Source: Candidatus Poribacteria bacterium (GTDB lineage Bacteria > Poribacteria > WGA-4E > UBA9662). Taken from it: a stretch of DNA of 64,000 bases. How positions within the stretch are numbered: position 1 is the stretch's first letter; every line of letters begins with the position of its first letter. The stretch is from the NCBI GenBank assembly GCA_046582655.1, contig JAYGDX010000014.1, positions 1 to 64,000 on the forward strand, read 5' to 3'. Below are positions 52,076-62,941 of the stretch, piece after piece. The notes under the pieces were generated by a model. The model did not search any database. It had not been told where the DNA came from and was given only the letters and a program-made list of their open reading frames with translations. Both the position numbers and the translations under genes were made by a program.

Positions 52076-55045
52076 CTATCCGAGAATATCTTCAATGGTT
52101 AGTTGTCGATCTGACATCTCCTGGTTGGCAGCTTCTAGTTTTTCCCGACTTGAAACCACACAAACTGCCCCCTTCGTAAAATTGACTTCGAGCAATTCCA
52201 GCAAGGTTCTTTTTACCTCTTTAGGGGTGACGTGCCGAAGTTGAGAGTAATGCTGTTCACGAAGTTCAGGAGTTTGTCCAACTAGATGACGCTGTAAAGC
52301 TTGGCCGGTTGCAGCCTCTGGCCGAATAGGTCGCTCGAATTGTTTAGCCGTAGCTATAATTGCACGGTCGATGTCGGTCTGCGTCCATTCTACTTCACGA
52401 ACGTAGTCAGCAACACCAGAAAATACGTCTAGTGTCCTACTAATGTGTGGGTCACGGTAAGAGCCGAGACTAAGGACACTACCGAGAGGACTATAATTGA
52501 ACATTGCTCCGTAAGCGTTGCCCCTGAATCGAATTTCGTTCATGATATAGTCCAGGCGAACCAGATGGGCACCAACTATCAAGGAGGTCTTATCCGGATG
52601 GGAATAGTGTGGCGCAGGGATTACTTGAGCACAGTGCGCGACTTGAATTGGACCGGCTAAACCTTCAGATGGTGGATCATCATACGAGTTAAACCCAATA
52701 GGCGCATCATCAATGGATTCATTCCGCATATCAGATATCCAGTTTTTTAAGGTGTTTTGTACTGTTGTTGCTGAGCTGTTCGAGCCGGTAAAACTCGCAG
52801 TCAAGCGACCGCGAACTAGCAAAAAGTCTCGTATTGATTCGATCCGACGTATTATATCTTCACTGCAATTGTCAAAATCGTTATTAAACCCTTCAACAAG
52901 TGCCAATTGTGGTAATCCATACACCATTTCAGATAAGTATCCTTCCGGTGTTAAGCCGCGTGCGGCATGGCTCATCGCTGTCCCTGATCCGTCATAAACC
53001 ATATCTGTCCGATATCCGGCCTGTGCCTGTACCAGTACATCCCGCAACCGGTTTTTTTCACTTGGATCAATCGAAAAAAGTAAATCATGCAATACTTCCA
53101 AGGCAGAAGACATCTGGTCGTCTAAAGCCTTCAAACCAAACTGGACACTCCATAAGGAGTGACTTGCATCGTCAACACAAGTGCCAAAATCAGTCCAGCA
53201 GGAAATCCCGCCAGTAGATGCCGCTGACCGCTGGGCAATCTGCTCATAGTTCATCCCCGCCGCTCCCATTTTTCGAATTGCTTCGGTGTACCGCGGCAAA
53301 TAAGGCCAGAGTTCGGATGACATTCCCTTTAGGTTAAAGTTTAAAATCAGATAATTAACACCGTTGGTAAAAACGTTGTTTTGTAACAGCTTGACCCCAT
53401 CAATCGCCTCTATGTCCGACTGAATGTGTGTAAGTTGATCTGGCAAATCACTCACTTTCAATTGTGGTAATGTTGCCAGCAACTCGGGAGAGTTGGGTTG
53501 GCTATTTAATCTATCAAGTTCCTCGGCATCATCCGCAATTTGTTTAACCTGATCATCCGTAAACTGAGTGCGTGTTTTTTTCATTCGTTTGGTAAAAGCC
53601 GTATCGATTCGGGACTGCATTTGGGTGTCAGGTTTCAACATGGCAGTCAGACGGTGGGAATTTGCCAGTAGCCTCGAACGTATCAACTGATTGAAAAGCT
53701 GGGGATCGGATTCATAACGACGTTTACAGTTAGACAAATGCTCATTCATACACAAGAAAATCAACGGATTCTTATCATAGATCCATGAACTGATTACCCG
53801 ATCCATCATGTGTAGCGGGAACATCGATTGAATTTCAAGGTAATGGTACGCAGATTGCTGAAAAGCAGCTTCAACTCGTTCTGTTTCAATTTCACTTTCG
53901 GCGATTTGGGATAATGTCTCGGTAACTAGCTGAACAAAATCATCAATGCGGTCGGATTCACTGCCCTTAAGTCCAACGCTAAAAGTACTTTCCCTGCCAA
54001 TTCCACCTGTTCCTGAAGCAATAATATCTGCACCTAAGTTTGAGTTGATAATCGCTTTTTTTAAGGGAGCTGCTTCATTACCAAGTAAAATGAGGCTGAG
54101 AATGTAAAGTAAGGCGACATCCTCTGCGTCCGTGGCATCACCAATTAACCATTTGATTACTAGGTATGTCTTTTCGGTGGAGGGTTCATCCGCACCAATT
54201 GGATACGTATCTACTATAGATTTTGGTTGATCCCATCGCACTTGAGGTGTGATGCTAGCATCAACATCAAGACGATTGAAATTGTCAAGCTTATCAGACA
54301 AAAATGCCAAGTACTCCATGGTAGGTATATTACCGTACAGGAAGAAGTAGCTGTTACTTGGATGGTAATAGGTACTGTGGAACTCCTTTAGGGCTTCATA
54401 GGTCAGGTCAGGAATAGCTTCCGGGTCGCCTCCAGATTCTTTCCCATAGATTGTATCTGGAAGCAATTCGCGTGATATCGAGCGATAAAGACGGGATTCA
54501 GGATCGGAAAATGCTCCTTTCATTTCATTGTAGACAATACCTGTTATTGTCAGGTCACCTGTGGGGTTTTCTGGATCCAAGGGGGCAAAGTGGTGTCCTT
54601 CACGCCTAAATGTTTGTTCAGTTAATAATGGATGGAAAACTGCATCAAAATATACCTCTGCCAAATTGAAAAGGTCCCGTTTAACGTTGCTGGCCACTGG
54701 GTAGTAAGTGCAATCTGAACCTGTCATAGCATTGATGAATGTTGCCATACTCATTTTTATCATTTCGAAGAACGGTTCTTTTACTGGATACTTCCCGGAA
54801 CCTGCCAGAACTGCATGCTCTAGGATATGGGGAATCCCAGTATCATCTGGCGGTGGTGTGGGAAAACTAACCGAAAACAGATTTTCTGCATCTTGGTTGT
54901 AAAGATGAAGCAATCGTGCTCCGCTCTGTTTATGTTCGAGCTGGTAAGCTACCGATCGCAAAGCATCAAGAGGTGTTACGTCCTTGACCTCGAAGCCATT
55001 GGAATTTTGTCCTACATACATTGTTGTTTCTGGAACAGTTGACAT
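52076..55045 (-). CDS. M16C insulinase-family metallopeptidase (presequence protease-like)
   Basis: HILEHAVLAGS.KYPVKEPF, INAMT, VYNEMKGA, SGGDP, YHPSN, AYG, SYRDP. Confidence 0.93.
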   Translation of the reverse strand: MSTVPETTMYVGQNSNGFEVKDVTPLDALRSVAYQLEHKQSGARLLHLYNQDAENLFSVSFPTPPPDDTGIPHILEHAVLAGSGKYPVKEPFFEMIKMSMATFINAMTGSDCTYYPVASNVKRDLFNLAEVYFDAVFHPLLTEQTFRREGHHFAPLDPENPTGDLTITGIVYNEMKGAFSDPESRLYRSISRELLPDTIYGKESGGDPEAIPDLTYEALKEFHSTYYHPSNSYFFLYGNIPTMEYLAFLSDKLDNFNRLDVDASITPQVRWDQPKSIVDTYPIGADEPSTEKTYLVIKWLIGDATDAEDVALLYILSLILLGNEAAPLKKAIINSNLGADIIASGTGGIGRESTFSVGLKGSESDRIDDFVQLVTETLSQIAESEIETERVEAAFQQSAYHYLEIQSMFPLHMMDRVISSWIYDKNPLIFLCMNEHLSNCKRRYESDPQLFNQLIRSRLLANSHRLTAMLKPDTQMQSRIDTAFTKRMKKTRTQFTDDQVKQIADDAEELDRLNSQPNSPELLATLPQLKVSDLPDQLTHIQSDIEAIDGVKLLQNNVFTNGVNYLILNFNLKGMSSELWPYLPRYTEAIRKMGAAGMNYEQIAQRSAASTGGISCWTDFGTCVDDASHSLWSVQFGLKALDDQMSSALEVLHDLLFSIDPSEKNRLRDVLVQAQAGYRTDMVYDGSGTAMSHAARGLTPEGYLSEMVYGLPQLALVEGFNNDFDNCSEDIIRRIESIRDFLLVRGRLTASFTGSNSSATTVQNTLKNWISDMRNESIDDAPIGFNSYDDPPSEGLAGPIQVAHCAQVIPAPHYSHPDKTSLIVGAHLVRLDYIMNEIRFRGNAYGAMFNYSPLGSVLSLGSYRDPHISRTLDVFSGVADYVREVEWTQTDIDRAIIATAKQFERPIRPEAATGQALQRHLVGQTPELREQHYSQLRHVTPKEVKRTLLELLEVNFTKGAVCVVSSREKLEAANQEMSDRQLTIEDILG

Positions 55046-55176
55046 TCATTTTTCCTTGTACAAATAATAAATTTACTATAATAAAATCGAAATTCATATC
55101 CTGATCATCAGATTCCTGTAATCCGTGTACATTTAGCCCCAAGCTTTCTCCTATTCCTTGAAAGTTTACCAGTGGC

Positions 55177-55572
55177 ATGTTAACCTACAAAGGCATGAAA
55201 AAAGTAATCATCTTTGCTCTGTTAGTTACTACGATATTACTCCCACCTTTACAGACACACGCGATTAGTCGGAAGACTCAAGGCAAGATTATACTTGCTT
55301 CTATTTTAACAGGGATTGCTATTCTAACCAAGTTACTGGAAGAACAAGATCGAAAAGATGCAGAAGAACTGCATAAACAACTTGGTAAGCCAGACCGCGT
55401 TATCGAGTTTCATCATGGATTCGACAAAATACGAATCGAATGCTGGAAAAACCGAAGATTCACCTTCAAAAATGGTGTTTTACAAAGGTCTTCGCACCAA
55501 GTCTATAATAGTAAGAATGGTCTTAGTAAATCTGAAACGAACATTTTTCAGCCAAAGTTTATAGGCGATTAG
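55177..55572 (+). CDS. Hypothetical membrane/secreted protein
   Basis: Signal-like MKKVII segment (start may be 55195), second hydrophobic helix, LGKPD motif. Confidence 0.6.
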   Translation: MLTYKGMKKVIIFALLVTTILLPPLQTHAISRKTQGKIILASILTGIAILTKLLEEQDRKDAEELHKQLGKPDRVIEFHHGFDKIRIECWKNRRFTFKNGVLQRSSHQVYNSKNGLSKSETNIFQPKFIGD

Positions 55573-55696
55573 CAATTTGCGTTTCCTAATAAAACAGAAA
55601 TGATTTTATTGGGATTAAAAGATTCACCAATATTTGCAACGGAGAGGCAGTACATTATGTTGAAAAAATTATATCTACTAAAAAGCAAATTTAGCC

Positions 55697-56521
55697 ATGT
55701 GCAATCTCGTTAGATCTTCAATCAAAACCTTAGGTTTCTTTTTACTGCTTATGCTCTCCTTCTCTCTGAATGCCCAAAAAGACACTAAAGATCTTGAGAC
55801 AGAAGTTGGCAGGAATCAAGCCAAAGACATTAAAGCCATTGTTGCCCATTTTGATCAACTCTATCGAGGCCAGACCAGTTATGCAAAAATGGAGATGCAA
55901 ATTGCTACACCACACTGGGAGAGAACTTTGAGGTTGGAAGTATGGGCAGAAGGTATGGACAAAACGTTTATTTTGATAACCTCACCTAAAAAAGAAAAAG
56001 GGATTGCTACCTTGCGTATTAAAAATGAGATGTGGAACTATCTGCCCAAGACAAACAAGGTGATGAAAATTCCACCATCCATGATGATGGGATCTTGGAT
56101 GGGGTCCGATTTCACCAATGATGATCTGGTGAAGGAATCTTCAATGATTGATGATTACGACTATCAATTCCTTTCTGCTGATGAAGCCAAGATCGAAACT
56201 GACCATGACACATTCCTGTACATTCAATTGGTACCAAAATCAGATTCACCGATTGTCTGGGGAAAGATCGTCGTAGCCGTTGAAGAGGACGATTTTATTC
56301 CTGTGTGGCAAAGATTCTATGATGAAAAAGATCGTCTGATGCGTGTCTTGAACTTCAAAGACATTAAGCAATTTGGAAATCGAAGGATACCATCGGTAAT
56401 GGAAATGATTCCACAGAAAAAGGTAAAGTACAAAACAGTCGTCAGGTTCCTAAAAGCGGATTTTGATTTGCCGGTGAACAAAAAAATATTTACACTTCGC
56501 AACTTGCGCCAGAGAAGATAG
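55697..56521 (+). CDS. Outer-membrane lipoprotein-sorting (LolA-like) protein
   Basis: EMWNYLPK...KIPPSMMMGSWMGSDFTNDDL, IFTLRNL. Confidence 0.88.
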   Translation: MCNLVRSSIKTLGFFLLLMLSFSLNAQKDTKDLETEVGRNQAKDIKAIVAHFDQLYRGQTSYAKMEMQIATPHWERTLRLEVWAEGMDKTFILITSPKKEKGIATLRIKNEMWNYLPKTNKVMKIPPSMMMGSWMGSDFTNDDLVKESSMIDDYDYQFLSADEAKIETDHDTFLYIQLVPKSDSPIVWGKIVVAVEEDDFIPVWQRFYDEKDRLMRVLNFKDIKQFGNRRIPSVMEMIPQKKVKYKTVVRFLKADFDLPVNKKIFTLRNLRQRR

Positions 56522-56534
56522 AGGACATCTGGCG

Positions 56535-57767
56535 ATGATGTTGAAGATTGCACTTCGTAATACCCTCCGGCAAAAGAGACGCACTATACTGACTTCATTG
56601 GCAATGGTTGTTGGTTTCACTCTTCTCTCATTCTCTATTGGGTTGTCTGATGGCAGCTATTCTTTCGTCATTAACATGTTCACCCGAAACCGTTTGGGAC
56701 ATATTCAAGTACACCGCCGCGGTTACCTTGATAAACCGTCACTTTACGCAACCATAAACAATTATCAATCTGTTGGACAGATCATACAAAATGTGAGGGA
56801 AGTTGAAGCTTGGACACCTCGAATTTACTCGGTGGGACTCGGATCGGTTGGCGAAAAGAGCACAGCTATAGAAGTCGTAGGCATCGACGCTGTTCGTGAA
56901 GTCATGGCAACTCAGTTTGACAAGAAGGTCATCTCTGGGCGAAGTCTGTCCAGTATCCCTGCCAAGGAAGCAATTCTGGGTAAGGGGCTAGCGGAAATTT
57001 TGAAAGCCAACATTGATCAAGAGATTATGATTGTCTCCCAAGGAGCAGACGGTTCGATTGCTAATGATATATATACCGTTGTGGGTCTCGTTGAAAGTGG
57101 TGATCCGCTACGCGACCGGATGGCATGCTACCTTCATATCAAAGATGCACAGGAACTATTTGTTCTTGAAGGAAGAATTCATGAGATTGTAGTCATTGTG
57201 TCTGATCTGTCTAGCGTCAGTCAAGTCACTGAGAGAATTAAAATAAAATTGAGTGATTCTTCACTAGCTATAGCTCCCTGGCAGGAGTTCGCCAAGTCAT
57301 TTTACCAAGCAATGCAAGTTGACCAGCAGGGGATGTGGATAGCACTCTTCATAATCATACTGGTTGTGGCAGTAGGTGTTTTAAATGCGGTATTAATGTC
57401 AGTCTTGGAGCGTACACGAGAATATGGCATGTTAAAAGCTGTTGGTACAAAGCCACGGCAAATTTTCTGGTTGGTGCTTTATGAAGTTAATATTATTGCT
57501 TTGGCTAGTGTTGTGATCGGAACGATACTTGCCTTGGGTATTCCGTTGAGTACGTTAATTAACTATTTATTGGCTATAAACGGTATTGCCTTTCCAGAAA
57601 TAAGTTATGGGGGTATGAAATTTCAAACCGCCTTATATGTGGAAATGAACGCGCGCAGTATTTATATCCCTGCTATTACCATCGTTGTGTCTGCAATGGC
57701 GGTTAGCTTGTTCCCCGCCCTAAAAGCTGCCTGCGTCACGCCAGCGAAAGCAATGAGAACGCACTAG
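56535..57767 (+). CDS. ABC transporter permease (MacB/FtsX/LolCE family)
   Basis: ALRNTLRQKRRT, MSVLERTREYGMLKAVG, FPALKAA. Confidence 0.9.
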   Translation: MMLKIALRNTLRQKRRTILTSLAMVVGFTLLSFSIGLSDGSYSFVINMFTRNRLGHIQVHRRGYLDKPSLYATINNYQSVGQIIQNVREVEAWTPRIYSVGLGSVGEKSTAIEVVGIDAVREVMATQFDKKVISGRSLSSIPAKEAILGKGLAEILKANIDQEIMIVSQGADGSIANDIYTVVGLVESGDPLRDRMACYLHIKDAQELFVLEGRIHEIVVIVSDLSSVSQVTERIKIKLSDSSLAIAPWQEFAKSFYQAMQVDQQGMWIALFIIILVVAVGVLNAVLMSVLERTREYGMLKAVGTKPRQIFWLVLYEVNIIALASVVIGTILALGIPLSTLINYLLAINGIAFPEISYGGMKFQTALYVEMNARSIYIPAITIVVSAMAVSLFPALKAACVTPAKAMRTH

Positions 57768-57791
57768 ATTAGCCAGCGGTAATTAATTATT

Positions 57792-59021
57792 ATGTGGTGG
57801 ATACTTATTAAGCTTGCATGGAGAAACCTGTTCCGGAACATACGCCGTACCTTTATTGCTGGAACAGCTATCGGCATTGGTTTAGCCGCACTCATTTTTG
57901 TTGATGCACTTTGGATTGGAATGGAAGAGAATATGATTAGGATTGCTACCTCTTCTTTTCTAGGCGACGGACAAATTCACCAAGAAGACTTTCGACAGAC
58001 ACAAGAAGTTGAAAGAACGATCAATCAACATCGTCAGGTAATATCCAATTTGAAACAGGAAGAGATCGTGGCCCATTTTACCCCTCGGACCTTCGCCTTC
58101 GGTATGATCACCTCACCAGCCCATGTCATCGCTGCTGCCTTGGTGGGAGTTGATCCTGTTACAGAGAAATACCTATCTCATGTTGATGATATGATAACAG
58201 AAGGAGGGTATTTCGAAGGTGATAACGAGCGAAACATTGTCATTGGTAGCAAGATGGCAGAGATCCTGGAAGTCGAGGTTGGTGATCGGGTTGTTGCTAC
58301 AGTCTCTGAGGCTAAAACCGGTGATCTTGCTCAGGAAATGTTCCGGGTCTCTGGGGTTTTTCATTTTCACAACCATGAAATGAATCGAGGGATGGCATTT
58401 ATTCGGCTTGAAAAATCGCAGCAGATCCTTGGGCTCAAAGATGGGGTTCACCAAATTGCTATCAAGTTTACGGACGTAAAATATGGTCAAGACAAACTAC
58501 TTCCATTTTGGAGTAAATATTCCGAATACGGGAATGAAGCAGTCAGTTGGACTGAGATTCTGCCAGAACTGGAAACTATATTTGAATGGACGAACATTAG
58601 TAAGGTTCTTTTGGGTTTTATCTTTTTCATTATTGTTGTGTTTGGGATTATCAACACGCTTTTTATGTCGTTGTACGAACGAATGTTTGAGTTTGGTGTG
58701 TTGCGAGCCGTTGGTACGCGTCCATCACGTATGGCGCAACTGATCCTTTTCGAAGCTGGATCCTTGGGTGTTTTGAGTATTGGAATTGGGATTATCTTGG
58801 GTGTTATCACAACCTATATCTGTTCAAAGACGGGAATAGATTACACAGGAATCGAGGTAGCTGGAGTGACCATACAGGAACTGATCTATCCAGTTATGGT
58901 TATAGATCAATTTATCTTATATCCTTTCTGGGTGCTTGTTTTTACTGTTATTACAGGTTTGTATCCCGCTTGGTATGTGGCAAGAATGTCTCCTTCGGAG
59001 GCCATGCGACGGGGGGGGTAG
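57792..59021 (+). CDS. ABC transporter permease (MacB/FtsX/LolCE family)
   Basis: AWRNLFRNIRRT, MSLYERMFEFGVLRAVG, YPAW. Confidence 0.9.
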   Translation: MWWILIKLAWRNLFRNIRRTFIAGTAIGIGLAALIFVDALWIGMEENMIRIATSSFLGDGQIHQEDFRQTQEVERTINQHRQVISNLKQEEIVAHFTPRTFAFGMITSPAHVIAAALVGVDPVTEKYLSHVDDMITEGGYFEGDNERNIVIGSKMAEILEVEVGDRVVATVSEAKTGDLAQEMFRVSGVFHFHNHEMNRGMAFIRLEKSQQILGLKDGVHQIAIKFTDVKYGQDKLLPFWSKYSEYGNEAVSWTEILPELETIFEWTNISKVLLGFIFFIIVVFGIINTLFMSLYERMFEFGVLRAVGTRPSRMAQLILFEAGSLGVLSIGIGIILGVITTYICSKTGIDYTGIEVAGVTIQELIYPVMVIDQFILYPFWVLVFTVITGLYPAWYVARMSPSEAMRRGG

Positions 59022-59738
59022 ATGATGGAAGGAATGAAGGATGTGATCAGTCGTCAAGTGATTGTTACAGAGGATCTTACCAAAACCTATTCGGCAAATG
59101 ACGTACCGGTTTATGCGCTTCGAGGAATCAATCTAACAATTACGGCTGGTGAGTTCACAGCTATCGTTGGTCCATCAGGATCAGGAAAAACGACTTTTCT
59201 CAACATAATTTCCGGATTAGATCAACCTACGGAGGGAAAAGTATGGTTGAGCGAAGAGTTGCTGTCTAACATGAATGGTCGTCAACTTTCAGATTTTCGC
59301 CGTGATAATATTGGATTTATCTTTCAAGCATACAACCTGATTCCTGTGTTGACAGTAGGAGAAAATATTGAATATATTATGCTTCTGCAGGGTATTCCCA
59401 AGATAGAACGCCATCAACGGGTAGTTGATATCCTCGAGGTGGTTGGACTGACCGGATATATAGATCGTAAACCTCCACAATTATCGGGAGGGCAACAACA
59501 ACGTGTTGCTATCGCTCGTGCCATGGTTTCACAACCGAAAATCATACTGGCAGATGAACCGACAGCCAATCTGGACTCAAAAACCGGATCCGAACTTCTG
59601 GACATGATGTATCAACTCAATAAACGCACTGGTATGACCTTTGTATTTTCTACACATGATCAGATGGTTATGGACAGAGCTCAACGCCTGATTACCCTTA
59701 AAGACGGCCTGATTGATAGTGACGATGTTCGAGGGTAG
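59022..59738 (+). CDS. ABC transporter ATP-binding protein (LolD/MacB-like)
   Basis: [36 protein letters not shown]. Confidence 0.95.
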   Translation: MMEGMKDVISRQVIVTEDLTKTYSANDVPVYALRGINLTITAGEFTAIVGPSGSGKTTFLNIISGLDQPTEGKVWLSEELLSNMNGRQLSDFRRDNIGFIFQAYNLIPVLTVGENIEYIMLLQGIPKIERHQRVVDILEVVGLTGYIDRKPPQLSGGQQQRVAIARAMVSQPKIILADEPTANLDSKTGSELLDMMYQLNKRTGMTFVFSTHDQMVMDRAQRLITLKDGLIDSDDVRG

Positions 59739-59749
59739 CCCTGAAATCC

Positions 59750-60994
59750 ATGCAGAGAATCTTCGCTTATGTTTTAGCTTTAATTGTATCGTTGCCCCCC
59801 AATCTTTTTGCCGAATCCCTTCAAGTCAGCGGTTACTACAAAAGTTTCTTCACCATTTTAAATTCAACATCGTTGAGTGAATCTGTCACCCAAAAAAAAT
59901 CCTTTATGGCTAGCAATCAAGTTCGACTCAACGTCTTTTATAGATCAACTGATCTGCTATCGTTTAGCACATCCTACAATTTGTCTCCGCGCTGGCAGGA
60001 CGGAGCTTTCTTTGAGGAAGATCGTTTGTATACTGGTGTTGATCCTACTTCCTATCGACTGGTTGATTTGAACTCGCAAATATATCCCCATGAGGACGAT
60101 TCGATCGGGAATTTCGGAACCTTTCAAAACCTAGATCGTGCCTTTGCCACCATCAGCACGGAAATCATGGATGTTTATATTGGTCGGCAGGCGGTAGCTT
60201 GGGGAAGTGGACGTGTTCTAAATCCAACCGATATCTTGGCTCCCTTTACTTTCAGCGCATTGGATACTGAAGATCGTTTTGGTATAGATGCCCTACGGAT
60301 ACGGATCCCGGTAGGCACAATGGGTGAATTTGATACTGGTTATGTGCTGGGAAAGCATCTGGATTTCAACAAGAGTGCGTTTTTCTGCCGAAGCCAATCC
60401 AATTTTATGGAAACGGACGCATCGGCTTTGGTGATGGTTTTTCGAAACAACCTTCTGATCGGTTTTGATTTCGTTCGTGCTATCGGCGGTGCCGGATTTT
60501 GGCTGGAAAGTGCTTATGTGTTTCCCAATACATTGGCAGATGAGAATCAGCTGTCAGACAAATATCTTCGGACGTCTGTCGGTCTGGATTACAGCTTTAG
60601 CGGTACAACTTATGGATTCGTAGAATATCATTTCAGTCAAGCTGGCACGGAAAATCCGGAAGACTATTTTGCCAACCTGATCCAACCGGCATATACTGAT
60701 GGAGCAGTTTATCTGATGGGTAGACATTACCTAGCTCCTGGTATGATGTATCAGGTCATATCTTTGATTAATCTAAGTGTTCAGCCGCTGCTCAACTTGG
60801 TTGACAGATCCATCTTCTTCTCCGCTCAAATCGAGTATAATATGGCACAGGATATCTATTTGTCTCTGGGCTCTTTGATAGGAATCGGCCAACGTCCTGA
60901 CACTATGAGTCACAATTCTACAGCTCAAAAATTTGATTCCGAGTTTGGCGGATATCCAGACATCTATTTTTCTTCCTTACGGATTTATTTCTGA
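59750..60994 (+). CDS. Putative outer-membrane beta-barrel protein
   Basis: Signal peptide, LDRAF, IGRQAVAWGSG..NPTD, alternating strands, terminal LRIYF. Confidence 0.75.
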   Translation: MQRIFAYVLALIVSLPPNLFAESLQVSGYYKSFFTILNSTSLSESVTQKKSFMASNQVRLNVFYRSTDLLSFSTSYNLSPRWQDGAFFEEDRLYTGVDPTSYRLVDLNSQIYPHEDDSIGNFGTFQNLDRAFATISTEIMDVYIGRQAVAWGSGRVLNPTDILAPFTFSALDTEDRFGIDALRIRIPVGTMGEFDTGYVLGKHLDFNKSAFFCRSQSNFMETDASALVMVFRNNLLIGFDFVRAIGGAGFWLESAYVFPNTLADENQLSDKYLRTSVGLDYSFSGTTYGFVEYHFSQAGTENPEDYFANLIQPAYTDGAVYLMGRHYLAPGMMYQVISLINLSVQPLLNLVDRSIFFSAQIEYNMAQDIYLSLGSLIGIGQRPDTMSHNSTAQKFDSEFGGYPDIYFSSLRIYF

Positions 60995-61002
60995 TTCTGT
61001 AA

Positions 61003-61479
61003 CTACCCAGAATTATTTGCGCGTGCCAGACGCTCCTCCGCCACATCCAGATGAAAACAGACTGATTCAATCGCTTCTGTCTCTGGACTCATGGTAGCAT
61101 TTGATTCGCGATTCTGATTGGTCGACGCGATGGCGTAACCATTCTGCCAAAAACAGTCAAGAATATACCGTGAAATTTGGCAGGCAACGTTGAAACCAAG
61201 TTCATCTTCCTCCGAACCGGCCGCATATGATTCGATCGTATTAAAAATCGACAATATAGCTTCTAATTGGTTGTCGTTTAAAGAAGCCAACCAATTTTTG
61301 TGACTCCCTCGAAAACCGGGTAGCTGACTAAGCTGTGGTTGAATATCACCTGCCAGATGCTTAAACACCTTGAATTCAAGCTCAAGTTTACTGGTTCCGG
61401 ATAAAGAGAACTCATGTTCAGCTACGGTTTCATTGTCCGATTGTCCGTTGAGCATCTGCAAAAATTTCTCAACACTCAT
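61003..61479 (-). CDS. Hypothetical protein
   Basis: 158-aa ORF directly downstream of and co-oriented with the M28 gene. Confidence 0.7.
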   Translation of the reverse strand: MSVEKFLQMLNGQSDNETVAEHEFSLSGTSKLELEFKVFKHLAGDIQPQLSQLPGFRGSHKNWLASLNDNQLEAILSIFNTIESYAAGSEEDELGFNVACQISRYILDCFWQNGYAIASTNQNRESNATMSPETEAIESVCFHLDVAEERLARANNSG

Positions 61480-61506
61480 ATATGGTTATCTGTTTATTTA
61501 TTGGTT

Positions 61507-62895
61507 TTAACTGTTTTTCTGTTTGGCTAATTGCCGGGCAACGCGATATCCTTCTAAGTTCGGGTCTGTATCTAGCAGTTGCTGTACCTTTTCTGTGCCT
61601 CGGCGTTGGGGGCAAAAGCTGGGATCATTCGCCATCCTCAAAGCCAGTCGGGCGGCCACAGAACTACCTGCTCTCAGGTTTACCAAATCAACTTTATCCA
61701 ATGTGTCATACATTGTATGACCGAATCCGCGACCTGCCGGCGCAGCTTCAGCATCTCCCATATGTCCAGTCGGGATACCCTGAATTAAAAAGGGAAAATG
61801 ATCGGAATACGGATGTGCTTTTTGACCAATCGGCATTTCTATGGCCATCTCCTTTTCCGCCTGCTGAAAGAAAGGTTCCAATTCGCACCATTGATGCAAA
61901 ACTATACCCTTCCGGCTTTTCCCGCCAGCAGCATCCAGATTGAACATGAACCGGATATTATCAAGTTGATCCGCATGTTCGTCAACATATCGATACGCCC
62001 CTATTAAACCAATTTCTTCCGTACCGAAGGCAATAAAACGCACAGTCCGTTTTATTGCCTTCCCAGCGTATTGGGATAGAACCCTTGCTGTTTCCATGAC
62101 GATCGCCATGCCGGAAGCTGGATCTGTGGCGCCTTGAGAAATATCATGACCATCATAATGGCAGCCGAGAATAATCTGTTCATTTGGTTTTTCCATGCCA
62201 ATAAGATCTCCCACGACGTTCCATGAGGTGCGTGGTAGGTTGGTGTCAGTGGTGTGAAGCCGTAACTTTACCAACTCTTTTCGTTCGATGAGTCGTGTTA
62301 AGAAAGCGCCATCCTCCTTGGAAACTGATATACCTGGAATTGGTGCGGCTTTATCATCTTGCAGACTTCCTGTCTCCGGCCCAGTTCCTGGATGTTCACT
62401 GACAAAAATGAAGGCTTTTGCCCCAACTAAAACTGTGCGTTCATATTTCTCTTTACGATGAACCCATCTTCCCAAATTTGGAGATGAGGCACTACTGACC
62501 AAAACGATCTGCTCTTTGATGTCTGATGCCAGACGTTGGTAATCTTCAGGTGCACCATAACCCACCGATACCAATTCGCTCTCGATCTCTGATGCTGGAC
62601 AGTAAGGTAAGGATATGCACTTAATCGATTTGTGGATTGGCTTAATGATCTCAAGTGTGGCTTCACCACGCGACCAGCCTGCATAAGAATAAGTTTCAAG
62701 CCCTACGTTCTGCAAGCCGTATCTCTCAAAAGTATCTACGATAAACTTAGCCGCCTGTTGTTCTTCAGGCGTACCGGCAAAACGGGCGCTAAAGTCATCA
62801 CAGAGTACCGTCAGATTATCCATTACCTCAGATGAGGTATAGATATCACCAGCCATTTGCTGATCAATGTCTAAATAAGGATTATTATTGTTCAT
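61507..62895 (-). CDS. M28 family aminopeptidase with PA domain
   Basis: RFAGT, CHYDGHD...GATDPASG, FGTEEIG, NLD, SDH, HTMYDT. Confidence 0.9.
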   Translation of the reverse strand: MNNNNPYLDIDQQMAGDIYTSSEVMDNLTVLCDDFSARFAGTPEEQQAAKFIVDTFERYGLQNVGLETYSYAGWSRGEATLEIIKPIHKSIKCISLPYCPASEIESELVSVGYGAPEDYQRLASDIKEQIVLVSSASSPNLGRWVHRKEKYERTVLVGAKAFIFVSEHPGTGPETGSLQDDKAAPIPGISVSKEDGAFLTRLIERKELVKLRLHTTDTNLPRTSWNVVGDLIGMEKPNEQIILGCHYDGHDISQGATDPASGMAIVMETARVLSQYAGKAIKRTVRFIAFGTEEIGLIGAYRYVDEHADQLDNIRFMFNLDAAGGKSRKGIVLHQWCELEPFFQQAEKEMAIEMPIGQKAHPYSDHFPFLIQGIPTGHMGDAEAAPAGRGFGHTMYDTLDKVDLVNLRAGSSVAARLALRMANDPSFCPQRRGTEKVQQLLDTDPNLEGYRVARQLAKQKNS

Positions 62896-62941
62896 GTGAG
62901 TTGATTTTTCTATTACCCTTCATTCTTGTATAAAGATATTT

